A stretch of 64,000 nt of DNA from the NCBI GenBank assembly GCA_963841435.1, contig CAWJCS010000006.1:1120001-1184000 (forward strand). Reading direction: 5' to 3'. The notes below the pieces were generated by a model. It was not told the DNA's origin, made no database searches, and saw only the letters and a list, made by a program, of their open reading frames with translations. The first letter of the stretch is position 1, and the number at the start of each line of letters is the position of its first letter. Positions 38,609-47,873 of the stretch are shown one piece after another. The stretch is from an uncultured delta proteobacterium (GTDB lineage: Bacteria > Myxococcota_A > Polyangia > Polyangiales > Polyangiaceae). The translations under genes were made by a program, and so were the position numbers.

Positions 38609-41600
38609 ATGAGGATCGCCCGGCTCGAGCTCAGGGCGTTCGGCCCGTTCACGGGCGTCACGCTCGATCTCTCGGCGGGCGCACCGGGCGGGCTCCACGT
38701 GATCTACGGCCCCAACGAAGCGGGAAAATCGAGCGCTCGCCGAGCGCTCGCCGACTTGCTCTTCGGGTTCGAGCAGCGCACGGGCGACGCGCATCGCCAC
38801 CGCTACGAAGCGTTGCGCATCGCCGCAGTGCTCACGGGCCCCGAGGGCGAGCTCTTCGTCGAGCGGAGAAAGGCCCGCAAGGGCTCGCTGCGCGACGCCG
38901 CCGGCGAGGTGCTCGACGACGCGCTGCTCGAGCGCCTGCTCGGCGGCGTGGACCGCGCGACGTTCGCCCGCACCTTCGGCCTCGGGCACGAGGAGCTTCG
39001 CACCGGCGGCGAAGAGATGCTGCGCGGTGAGGCCAGCGTTGGGGAAACCCTGTTCGATGCGGGCGCCGGTGGGCCGGGCGTGAAGCGCCTGCGCGAGGCG
39101 CTCGTCCAGGAGGAAGAACGGCTCTACCGTCCGCGCGGCAAGCAGCAAGAGCTCAATCAGCTCCTCGAGCGCCACGCCGAGGCGCGCCGCCGCTGCCAGG
39201 AAGCGGTGCTCTTGCCCGAGAGCCACCGGGAGCAGGAGGAAACGCTCGCCGCGGCGCGCCGGGAGCTCGCGGTGCTCTCGGAGCGGCTGGAGTCGCTGCG
39301 CGCCGAGCAGTACCGCCTGATCGGGTTGAGCGGCGCCCTGCCGGCGCTCACGGAGCGCGTCACGGCCACGACCGAGCTCGAGGGGCTCGCCGGCGTGCCG
39401 CTGCTCGCCGAGGACGCGCGCGAGCGACGGGAAAGAGCCCAGGCACGCGAGCTCGAGGCGCGAGCCGCCGCGGAGCGTCTCACGGAGGAGCTCGCGCGCG
39501 GGCGTGCTCGCCGGGACGAGCTCGTCGTGCCCGCGGGTCTTGCCACGATCGGCGCGGGGCGCATTGCCGCGCTCGCCGATGCCGTGGGGCGCACGCGCAA
39601 GGCGCGCGCCAATCTGCCGCGCATCGAGAACGAACGGCGGCGTCTGAGCTCGGAGATGCGCGCGAGCCTGCGCCGGCTGGGGCGAGACGCCGACCGAGCG
39701 CCGCCCCTCGAGGTGCCGCCCGCCGAAGGCGCGCGCATCCGCAAGCTCGCGACGCTCCGCGACAAGCTCGACGAGCGCGTCACGCTTTCGCACGCGCGTC
39801 TCGCCGCCACGCGGCGCGATCTCGCCGAGCAGCGCCTGCGGCTCGAACGCCTCCCTCCCACGATGCACGGCGAGGCGCTGTCGCGTGCCCTGTCACTGGC
39901 GCGCTCGCTCGGCGATGTCGAAGCGCCGCTCGCGGAGCTCGAGCGCGACGAAAGGGCGCTCGAGCGAGAATTTAGCCGCAAGCTGCGCGACCTCAAGCCT
40001 TTCGCCGGTGACGCCTCGGCGCTCGAGGCGCTCGAGGTGCCGTCCGCTGAGGCCGTCGAGCGGCTTTCGGCCGACGCGGCGCGCCTCGAGGCCGACGAAC
40101 GCGCGCTCTCGGACGAAAAAGCGGGCCTTGCGCGGCGGCTCGCGGACGTGACGGCGCGGCTCGGCGCCCTCGCGGGCGAAGGGACGCTGCCGAGTGAGGC
40201 CGAGCTCTTCGCCGTGCGCACCGAGCGCGACGGCGCCGCGGACCGGCTCCGCGCCACGTGGAATCGGGGCGCCGCATTCGACGAGGTCGGCTGGCGTGGT
40301 TTCACGGACCTCGGGTCGCACGCCGATGGCGTCGCCGATCGGCTGCGGCGCGAAGCCGATCGCGTCGCAGCGCGGGCGCAGGCCGAAAGCGAGCGGGCGG
40401 CCCTCGCGGGTGAGGCCACGCGCGTGCAAGACGAAAAGGGCGCCGTCGCCGTGCGCCGCGCCGCCCACGAACGCGCGCTCGGTGCGCTCGCCGCGAGCCT
40501 TTCGATGCCCGTGCCGAGCCCACCGGAGCTCTTGGGCTGGCTCGCGCGACGCGAGCAGGTGCTCGAGCTCCTCGAGCGACGGCGCCGCCTCACCGAGCAG
40601 AGCGAGCGACTGGTCGGTGCTCGCCGCCGCCTCGATGCCGCGCTCTCGGCCGCGCTCGGCGGCGGCGCGCCCGACGACTTGCTCTCGTCACGCGTGGAGC
40701 GCGCGGCGTCGCTCGAGCGCGAAGAAGGCCGTCGTGCGAGCGAGCGACGCGAGGTCGAGCGCAGCATCGATGCGCTCGAGGCACGCCTCGGCGAGGAGAC
40801 GCTCGCCGCGGAGACGGCCGAGGGAGCGCTCGCGGACTGGCGCGTGAGTTGGGCGGAGGCGCTCGGTGCGCTCGGCGCGGGCTCGAGCCTCGAGCCCGAA
40901 GCGGCGCTCGTCGTGCTCGCTGAGCTTTCCGCGCTTTCGGAGCGGAGCGATCGCATCCAGAGTCTCGAGCACCGTGTCCTCGGCATCCAGCGTGACGAAG
41001 CGAGGCTCGCGGCCGAGGTGGCCGAGCCCGCCGTGGTCTTCGGCGTCACGGTGGACCCGGCGGAGCCGGACCGCGCCGCCGAGGAGGTCGTCGAGCTGCA
41101 CCGTCGCGCGACGAACGCCGCGGACGAGCGCGCGCGACTCGAAACCGAGCTTGCCGAGCGCGAGGCCGAGCTCGCCGGGGAGCGCCAGACGCTTTCGGCG
41201 GCGCGCGCCGAGCTCGCCGAGCTCTGCCGCGCGGCCGGTGCCAGCGAGCCCGCGGAGCTGGCCGTTCTCGAAGCCCGGAGCCTGAGGCGCCGCGAGCTCA
41301 CGCGCCGCGTCGAGGAGCTCGACGCAGCCCTCGTGGCCTCGTCGAAGGGCCGCCCCGTGGCTGATCTGTTGAAGGAAGCCGAGCACGAGACCGCGCCGCG
41401 CCTGCACGCGCGCCTCGACGAGATCGAACGCGAGCTCGGCGAGCTCGACGAGCAGCGCGGGCGGTCGCTCGACCAAGTCGCGAGCATCCAGGCGGGCCTC
41501 GCGCGGCAGTCGGCCGCCGAGGGTGCGGACGCCGTCCAGGACGAGCAAGCGCTCGCGGCGGCCGTGCGCGAGCGCATCGAGCGCTACGCGCGCCTCCGGG

Positions 41601-42058
41601 TGGCAAGCTCGCTGCTCGAGCGCGCCGTCGAACGCTACCGGCTCGCCAATCAGGGTCCCGTGCTCAAGCGCGCGGGCGAGCTCTTCGCGCGGCTGACGGC
41701 GGGCGCGTACGTGACGTTGCGCGTGGGGCGCGAGGAGGCCGCGATCGCGGCCGTGGCCCCCGACGGTCGGGAGCTCTTGCCCGATCAGCTGAGCGAGGGG
41801 ACGCGTTATCAGCTCTATCTTGCGCTCCGGCTCGCGAGCATCGAGCGGCACGCCGAGACCGCCGACACGCTGCCCCTCGTGCTCGACGATGCCATCATCC
41901 ACTTCGACGAGGCACGCAAGCACGCGGCGTTCGGGCTGTTCGGCGAGCTCGCCGAGCGCCACCAGATCCTGTTTTTTACGCACCTCGAGCACGACGTCGC
42001 GATCGCCCGCGCCGCGCTCGGCGACCGCGCGTTCTTCCACGAGCTCGGCCCGCGCTGA
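38609..42058 (+). CDS. YhaN-like SMC/Rad50-type ATPase (AAA_27) with long coiled coil
   Basis: MRIARLELRAFGPF, Walker A YGPNEAGKS, signature LSEGTRYQLYLALRLA, Walker B LVLDD, LFFTH. Confidence 0.9.
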   Translation: MRIARLELRAFGPFTGVTLDLSAGAPGGLHVIYGPNEAGKSSARRALADLLFGFEQRTGDAHRHRYEALRIAAVLTGPEGELFVERRKARKGSLRDAAGEVLDDALLERLLGGVDRATFARTFGLGHEELRTGGEEMLRGEASVGETLFDAGAGGPGVKRLREALVQEEERLYRPRGKQQELNQLLERHAEARRRCQEAVLLPESHREQEETLAAARRELAVLSERLESLRAEQYRLIGLSGALPALTERVTATTELEGLAGVPLLAEDARERRERAQARELEARAAAERLTEELARGRARRDELVVPAGLATIGAGRIAALADAVGRTRKARANLPRIENERRRLSSEMRASLRRLGRDADRAPPLEVPPAEGARIRKLATLRDKLDERVTLSHARLAATRRDLAEQRLRLERLPPTMHGEALSRALSLARSLGDVEAPLAELERDERALEREFSRKLRDLKPFAGDASALEALEVPSAEAVERLSADAARLEADERALSDEKAGLARRLADVTARLGALAGEGTLPSEAELFAVRTERDGAADRLRATWNRGAAFDEVGWRGFTDLGSHADGVADRLRREADRVAARAQAESERAALAGEATRVQDEKGAVAVRRAAHERALGALAASLSMPVPSPPELLGWLARREQVLELLERRRRLTEQSERLVGARRRLDAALSAALGGGAPDDLLSSRVERAASLEREEGRRASERREVERSIDALEARLGEETLAAETAEGALADWRVSWAEALGALGAGSSLEPEAALVVLAELSALSERSDRIQSLEHRVLGIQRDEARLAAEVAEPAVVFGVTVDPAEPDRAAEEVVELHRRATNAADERARLETELAEREAELAGERQTLSAARAELAELCRAAGASEPAELAVLEARSLRRRELTRRVEELDAALVASSKGRPVADLLKEAEHETAPRLHARLDEIERELGELDEQRGRSLDQVASIQAGLARQSAAEGADAVQDEQALAAAVRERIERYARLRVASSLLERAVERYRLANQGPVLKRAGELFARLTAGAYVTLRVGREEAAIAAVAPDGRELLPDQLSEGTRYQLYLALRLASIERHAETADTLPLVLDDAIIHFDEARKHAAFGLFGELAERHQILFFTHLEHDVAIARAALGDRAFFHELGPR

Positions 42059-42097
42059 CGCACGGCCGAAAGCCGTGGTACGACCGCGCCGATCCCG

Positions 42098-43681
42098 ATG
42101 CCGCGGTTACCCGCTGAGCTCTCGCTCGAGCTCGGCCTCGACGAGCCCGACGACCCCGAAAGCCTGCGCGCCCACGCTGCGAGGGTGCTCGCCGTTCCCG
42201 TCGAAGAGCTGCCGGCCGTCGTCCTTCGCCGGCGCTCGCTCGACGCGCGGCGTGGCCGGGTGCGCTTCCAGGCGCTCGTGGCGCTCGGTGCCGAAACGGG
42301 CCCGATCGGCGGGGCTCCGCTGCGCGAAGTGTCCGGCGAGCCGCGCGTCATCGTCGTCGGCGACGGACCGGCGGGCCTTTTCGCAGCGTACGGACTCGCG
42401 CGGCGCGGCGTTGCCGCGCTCGTCGTCGACCGTGGCAAGCAGGTTCAGCCCCGTCGCCACGACCTCAAGGGACTGAACCGCCACGGCAAGGTGGATCCAG
42501 ACAGCAACTACTGTTTCGGCGAGGGCGGTGCCGGCACGTACAGCGACGGCAAGCTCTACACGCGCGCGCACAAGCGCGGGCCGGTGCGCGACGTGATCGA
42601 GGTCCTCGCCGCTCACGGCGCACCGGAGTCGATCCTCGTCGAGGCGCGCCCGCACATCGGTTCGAACCGCCTGCCCAAGGTCGTGACGGCGCTGCGCGAG
42701 CGGCTCGAAGGCGTCGGCCAGCGCGTCCGCTTCGGCTCGCGCGTGACGGCGCTGCTCACGGCGCCGTCCGGCGCGAAAAAGCGCGTCACGGGCGTTCGCC
42801 TCGCGGACGGCACCGAGCTTTTCGCAGAGCGGGTCGTGCTCGCGACCGGCCACTCGGCGCGCGACATCTTCACCATTCTCGAAAGCGAAGGGGTGCGGCT
42901 CGAGGCGAAGCCCTTTGCGCTCGGCGTGCGCATCGAGCATCCGCAGCCCCTCATCAACCGCATCCAGTACGGTCGCGAGGCGGGGCACCCGCGCCTGCCG
43001 AACGCCGCCTACCGGCTCGCTTGCAACGTCGACGGCCGCGGCGTCTTCTCGTTCTGCATGTGCCCGGGCGGGTGGATCGTCCCGGCCTCGACCGAGCCCG
43101 CGGAGCTCGTCGTCAACGGCATGAGCCTGTCGCGGCGCGACTCGCCCTTCGCGAATTCGGGCCTCGTCGTTGCCATCGAGCCCGAAGAGCTCGGGCGCTT
43201 CGGCCTCGTGGGGCCGCTCGCGGGCGTCGAGCTGCAACGTCGCATCGAGCGCGCCGCGTTCACGGCGGGCGGCGGCGAGCTTCGTGCACCGGCGGCGCGC
43301 GCCACCGATTTCGCGCGGGGGCGCGCCTCGAGCACGGTGCCGGACTCGAGCTACATCCCCGGCCTCGTCGCCGCCGATCTCGCGGGTGTGCTCGACGCCG
43401 CCGGACCGCCGCTCGCGAGCCGCATCGCGCGTGCCCTTTCGGCCTTCGACCGCACGCTCCGTGGCTACCTCACCGACGAAGCCGTTCTCGTCGGCGTCGA
43501 ATCGCGCACGAGCTCGCCCGTCAGGGTTCCTCGCGACGCCGAAACGCTGGAGTCGCCCGATATCGCGGGCCTTTACCCCGCCGGCGAGGGCGCGGGCTAC
43601 GCCGGCGGCATCGTGAGCGCGGCGCTCGACGGCCTCTGCATCGCCGAGCGCATCGCGAACGAGCTTCGCGCGCCCGCGTGA
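42098..43681 (+). CDS. FAD-dependent oxidoreductase (uncharacterised family)
   Basis: VVGDGPAG, FGEGGAGTYSDGKL, LATGHSARD, FCMCPGG, GEGAGYAGGIVSAALDG. Confidence 0.9.
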   Translation: MPRLPAELSLELGLDEPDDPESLRAHAARVLAVPVEELPAVVLRRRSLDARRGRVRFQALVALGAETGPIGGAPLREVSGEPRVIVVGDGPAGLFAAYGLARRGVAALVVDRGKQVQPRRHDLKGLNRHGKVDPDSNYCFGEGGAGTYSDGKLYTRAHKRGPVRDVIEVLAAHGAPESILVEARPHIGSNRLPKVVTALRERLEGVGQRVRFGSRVTALLTAPSGAKKRVTGVRLADGTELFAERVVLATGHSARDIFTILESEGVRLEAKPFALGVRIEHPQPLINRIQYGREAGHPRLPNAAYRLACNVDGRGVFSFCMCPGGWIVPASTEPAELVVNGMSLSRRDSPFANSGLVVAIEPEELGRFGLVGPLAGVELQRRIERAAFTAGGGELRAPAARATDFARGRASSTVPDSSYIPGLVAADLAGVLDAAGPPLASRIARALSAFDRTLRGYLTDEAVLVGVESRTSSPVRVPRDAETLESPDIAGLYPAGEGAGYAGGIVSAALDGLCIAERIANELRAPA

Positions 43682-43764
43682 CGGTCACCGAGCGCTGCGC
43701 CGCGAGCGACGCGAGGGCGTCATCAAGGTCGCCATCCGACCCTGACGGTGGGCCGGGGCGGCCG

Positions 43765-44937
43765 TCACGCCGAACGCAGCGTCACGCGCGTGATCTCCGC
43801 CGGCGCGGCGAGGCGCATCGGTGGGCCCCAGTAGCCGGTGCCGTTGGAAACGTAAACCTGCGTGTCGCCGAAACGGGCGAGGCCGGATACGACGGGTTGC
43901 TGCAGGCGTACCAGGTACTTCCACGGCCAGATCTGCCCGCCGTGCGTGTGGCCCGAGAGCTGCAAGCCCACGCCGTGCTTCATCGCCTCGTACACGGCGC
44001 GCGGCTGGTGGGCGAGTAAGACGAGCTCCCGGCTCTGGTCGCGGCCGGAAACCGCGCGGGCGAGGTCGGGGCCGTGACCACCACCAAACTGCGCGGAATG
44101 AGCGTCGTCGATGCCGCAGAGGTCGAAGCTCTCGTCGCCGTCGCCAATCGTGACGCGCTCGTTTCGGAGCACGCGGATGCCGAGGCGCCCAAGCTCGGCG
44201 ATCCACTCGTCGGCGCCGGAATAGTACTCGTGGTTGCCCGTGACGAAGTACACGCCGTAGCGCGCCCTGAGCCCCGCGAGCGGCGCCACGTGCTCGCGCA
44301 GCTCCTCGACGCTGCCGTCGACGAGGTCGCCCGTGATAGCGATCACGTCCGGGTTCACGGCGTTGGTCTGCGCGACGATCTCCTCGATGAACTCGCGCCC
44401 GATGGTCGGGCCGACGTGCACGTCGGTGAGCTGAACGATGGTCGTTCCGTCGAGGCTCTTCGGCAGCCGGCCGAGCCGCACGTTCACGTCGCGGAGCGCC
44501 ACACGCGCGAGGCCCGAGCGCACCGCCGCGAGCGTGAGGCCGCCCGTGACGAACGTGGCAACGAGCGCGAAAATCCGCGCCACGGCGATGCGTCGCTCCG
44601 GATCGGGCGGGGGCTGGTTGACGAGGCGGCTGCCGATGGCCGCGACGCCCCGCAACACGTCGAAAGCGCCGAGCACCACCAAGAACAAGAGCAGCACGCC
44701 GATCCACACGGACGCCACCCACACGAGCGGTACGCCGAGCGCGCCCCCGGCGCGCCGCACGAAGAACGACAGCGGGACCATCGCGAACAGCGCGACGACG
44801 ACAATCGTGAGAACCCGCTGCTGCGACGGGGGCAGCGCGAGGTCGCGCACGAGCCGCGTCCACACGTAGTAGTGCGCGCCCCCCATCACCGACAGCATGA
44901 CGACGAAGAACAGGGCGAACGACAAAAGACGCGACAC
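43765..44937 (-). CDS. Membrane-anchored metallophosphoesterase (YkuE-like)
   Basis: N-terminal TM helices; QLTDVHVG, ITGDLVDG, VTGNHEYY, LLAHQP, LSGHTHGGQ. Confidence 0.92.
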   Translation of the reverse strand: MSRLLSFALFFVVMLSVMGGAHYYVWTRLVRDLALPPSQQRVLTIVVVALFAMVPLSFFVRRAGGALGVPLVWVASVWIGVLLLFLVVLGAFDVLRGVAAIGSRLVNQPPPDPERRIAVARIFALVATFVTGGLTLAAVRSGLARVALRDVNVRLGRLPKSLDGTTIVQLTDVHVGPTIGREFIEEIVAQTNAVNPDVIAITGDLVDGSVEELREHVAPLAGLRARYGVYFVTGNHEYYSGADEWIAELGRLGIRVLRNERVTIGDGDESFDLCGIDDAHSAQFGGGHGPDLARAVSGRDQSRELVLLAHQPRAVYEAMKHGVGLQLSGHTHGGQIWPWKYLVRLQQPVVSGLARFGDTQVYVSNGTGYWGPPMRLAAPAEITRVTLRSA

Positions 44938-45024
44938 GGAGCGTCCAATCTATGGGCCCGGGGGCCCAGCTTGCCAAGGGGAGGGGCCCCGGCCCAGAGC
45001 GTGCCAAGACCCGACCGGTGGCGC

Positions 45025-45053
45025 TTGAAGGCCGGCCGGGCCCCTGGTACTCC
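45025..45053 (+). promoter_or_regulatory. Candidate sigma70 promoter of aceE
   Basis: TTGAAG-N17-TACTCC with extended TG before the -10. Confidence 0.4.
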
Positions 45054-45163
45054 GACCACTTCCGCAGGCCGCCGCCGGCCGCGGACGCCCGGGTGGGGCG
45101 GACTCTCCGCCCGTCGTCGCCCCACCCACACTATCTGCTAGAGAGCGTTTCTGAGGAGCCAGC

Positions 45164-47839
45164 GTGGACGCCTATCGACCCGAATCAGATCGCGACCCGG
45201 AGGAGACCCAGGACTGGGTCGACTCGCTCGAGTCCGTCATCGCTCACGAGGGCGACGGGCGGGCGCGTTTCCTGATGGCGCGCGTCGTCGAGGCGTCGCG
45301 ACGCCTCGGCGTCGAGCCGACGCTGCCGCTCGTCACCGACTACGTGAACACCATCCGCGTGGCCGAAGAGCCCGAGTACCCGGGGGACGCCGAGCTCGAG
45401 CGCCGTATCCAGCACATCCTGCGCTGGAACGCCGCCGTCATGGTGCACAACGCCAATCACGCGTTTTCGGGCATTGGTGGCCACATCTCCACCTATGCCT
45501 CGAGCGCGAACCTCTACGAGGTCGGGCTCAACCATTTCTTCCGCGGCAAAGACGAGGGTTCGTCGGGCGATCAGGTCTATTACCAGGGCCACGCCGCGCC
45601 CGGCATGTACTCGCGCGCGTTCCTCGAGGGGCGCCTCACGGCCGAGCAGCTCGAGAGCTTCCGCCGCGAGACGGCGCGCGGGCAGGGCCTGTCGTCGTAC
45701 CCGCACCCGCGGTTGATGAACGATTTCTGGGAGTTTCCCACCGTCAGCATGGGCATCGGCCCCATCAACTCGATCTACCAGGCGCGCTTCAACCGCTACC
45801 TCTTGAACCGCGGCATCGCCGACACGTCGGGCTCGAAGGTCTGGTGCTTCGTGGGCGACGGCGAGACCGACGAGCCGGAAACGCTCGGAGCCCTGCAAAT
45901 CGCCTCGCGCGAGAAGTGCGACAATCTGATCTGGGTCGTCAACTGCAACCTGCAGCGCCTCGACGGCCCCGTGCGCGGCAACGGCAAGATCATCCAGGAG
46001 CTCGAAGGCGTCTTCCGCGGCGCCGGCTGGAACGTCATCAAGGTGATCTGGGGCCCCGAGTGGGACGACATCTTCGCCCGTGATCACGAGGGTATTTTGC
46101 GCCGGCACTTGAACGCCGTCGTCGACGGCCAGTGGCAGCGGCTCACCATCGCCTCGGGCGAGGTCGTTCGCAAAGAGTTCTTCGGCCTCGACCCGCGCAT
46201 GCTCGAGCTCGTGTCGCACGTCTCCGACGACGACCTCGGCAAGATGCGCCGCGGCGGCCACAGCCTGCGCAAGGTGCATGCCGCATACCGCCGCGCCGTC
46301 GACAATACCGACGGCCGCCCCACGGCGATCCTTGCGCACACCGTCAAGGGCTGGCAGCTCGGCGAGGGCTTCGAGGGCTCGAACGTCACGCACCAGAAGA
46401 AGAAGATGGACCTCGGTGAGGTCAAGCACTACCGCGACGTGCTCGAGCTGCCGATCCCCGACGCGGACCTCGAGCATCCGCCGCTCTTCCACCCCGGAGC
46501 GGACAGCCCCGAGGTGAAGTACCTGATGGAGCGCCGCCGCGCGCTCGGCGGGTCGGTGCCCAAGCGGCGCGTCATCTCGCAGGTGCCGCTCGAGCTGCCC
46601 GGCCCCGAGCTCTACGAGGAGTTCTACAAGGGCATGGGCAAGGGCGAGGCGTCCACCACCATGGTGTTTGCGCGCCTGCTCGCGAAGCTCATCCGCGACA
46701 AGAAGATCGGCAAGCGCGTCGTGCCCATCGTCCCCGACGAGGCCCGCACCTTCGGTATGGACGCGCTTTTCGGCCAGGTCGGCATCTACTCGTCGGTCGG
46801 GCAGCTCTACGAGCCCATCGATAAGGGCAAGCTCCTTTACTACAAGGAGGCCAAGGACGGGCAGGTGCTCGAAGAGGGCATCACCGAGGCCGGCTCGATG
46901 GCGTCGTTCACGGCGGCGGCTACGTCGTATGCCGTGCACGGCCAGCCGATGATCCCGTTTTACATCTTCTATTCGATGTTCGGCTTCCAGCGCACCGGTG
47001 ACCAGCTCTGGGCCGCGGGCGACGCCATGGCGCGCGGCTTCGTGCTCGGCGCGACGGCGGGCCGCACCACGCTGAACGGCGAGGGCCTGCAGCACGAGGA
47101 CGGGCACAGCCACCTGCACGCCATGACGGTGCCCAACGTCCGCGCCTACGACGTGACGTTCGCTTTCGAGCTCGCCGCCATCATCGAAGACGGCATGCGA
47201 CGCATGTTCGACGAGGGCGAGAACGTCTACTACTACCTCACGCTCCAGAACGAGAACTACCCCATGCCGCCCATGCCAGAGGGCGCGAAGGACGGCGTGA
47301 TTCAGGGCCTTTATCGCTATCGGACCGCGGTCGAGCGGCTCGACAAGCACGTCGAGCTCTGGGGCAGCGGCTCGATCATGCTCCAGGTGCTTCGCGCGCA
47401 AGAGATCTTGCAGGAGCGCTTCGGTGTGTCGTCGGACGTATGGGGCGCCACGAGCTATCAGCGCCTGCGCGCCGACGCCCTCGAGTGCGAGCGATACAAC
47501 CGCCTGCACCCTGACGCGTCCCCGCGCGTTCCGTACCTCGTGAAGGCGCTCGAGGGCGTGAAGGGTCCGTTCATCACGGCCTCCGACTACATGAAGTCGC
47601 TCGGCGATCTCGTGGCGCGCTGGCTTCCGGGGCGCATCGTCCCGCTCGGCACGGACGGCTTCGGTATGAGCGACACGCGCGAAGCGTTGCGCCGCCACTT
47701 CGAGGTCGACGCCGAATCCATCGTCATCGGCGCCCTCGACGCCCTGCGCCTCGAAGGCAAGCTCACTCCCGCCGACGTCGCCCGCGCCATCGCCGAGCTC
47801 GGCGTCGATCCCGACAAGGTCCCGCCCACGTCGATCTGA
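45164..47839 (+). CDS. aceE: Pyruvate dehydrogenase E1, homodimeric type
   Basis: DPEETQDW, GGHISTYAS, YQGHAAPG, SSYPHP, FPTVSMG, GDGETDEPE, NCNLQRLDGPV, GEGLQHEDG; SD GAGGAG before GTG. Confidence 0.97.
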   Translation: MDAYRPESDRDPEETQDWVDSLESVIAHEGDGRARFLMARVVEASRRLGVEPTLPLVTDYVNTIRVAEEPEYPGDAELERRIQHILRWNAAVMVHNANHAFSGIGGHISTYASSANLYEVGLNHFFRGKDEGSSGDQVYYQGHAAPGMYSRAFLEGRLTAEQLESFRRETARGQGLSSYPHPRLMNDFWEFPTVSMGIGPINSIYQARFNRYLLNRGIADTSGSKVWCFVGDGETDEPETLGALQIASREKCDNLIWVVNCNLQRLDGPVRGNGKIIQELEGVFRGAGWNVIKVIWGPEWDDIFARDHEGILRRHLNAVVDGQWQRLTIASGEVVRKEFFGLDPRMLELVSHVSDDDLGKMRRGGHSLRKVHAAYRRAVDNTDGRPTAILAHTVKGWQLGEGFEGSNVTHQKKKMDLGEVKHYRDVLELPIPDADLEHPPLFHPGADSPEVKYLMERRRALGGSVPKRRVISQVPLELPGPELYEEFYKGMGKGEASTTMVFARLLAKLIRDKKIGKRVVPIVPDEARTFGMDALFGQVGIYSSVGQLYEPIDKGKLLYYKEAKDGQVLEEGITEAGSMASFTAAATSYAVHGQPMIPFYIFYSMFGFQRTGDQLWAAGDAMARGFVLGATAGRTTLNGEGLQHEDGHSHLHAMTVPNVRAYDVTFAFELAAIIEDGMRRMFDEGENVYYYLTLQNENYPMPPMPEGAKDGVIQGLYRYRTAVERLDKHVELWGSGSIMLQVLRAQEILQERFGVSSDVWGATSYQRLRADALECERYNRLHPDASPRVPYLVKALEGVKGPFITASDYMKSLGDLVARWLPGRIVPLGTDGFGMSDTREALRRHFEVDAESIVIGALDALRLEGKLTPADVARAIAELGVDPDKVPPTSI

Positions 47840-47873
47840 GCGCAAAAAAGCCGAGCATTTCGGCCCTCGGTCG

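Noticed and set aside
38609..42058. SMC-like ATPase as Wadjet/Lamassu defence system
   Set aside because: No jetABD or Lamassu effector partners; pairing with an upstream Mre11-like phosphoesterase fits YhaO/YhaN
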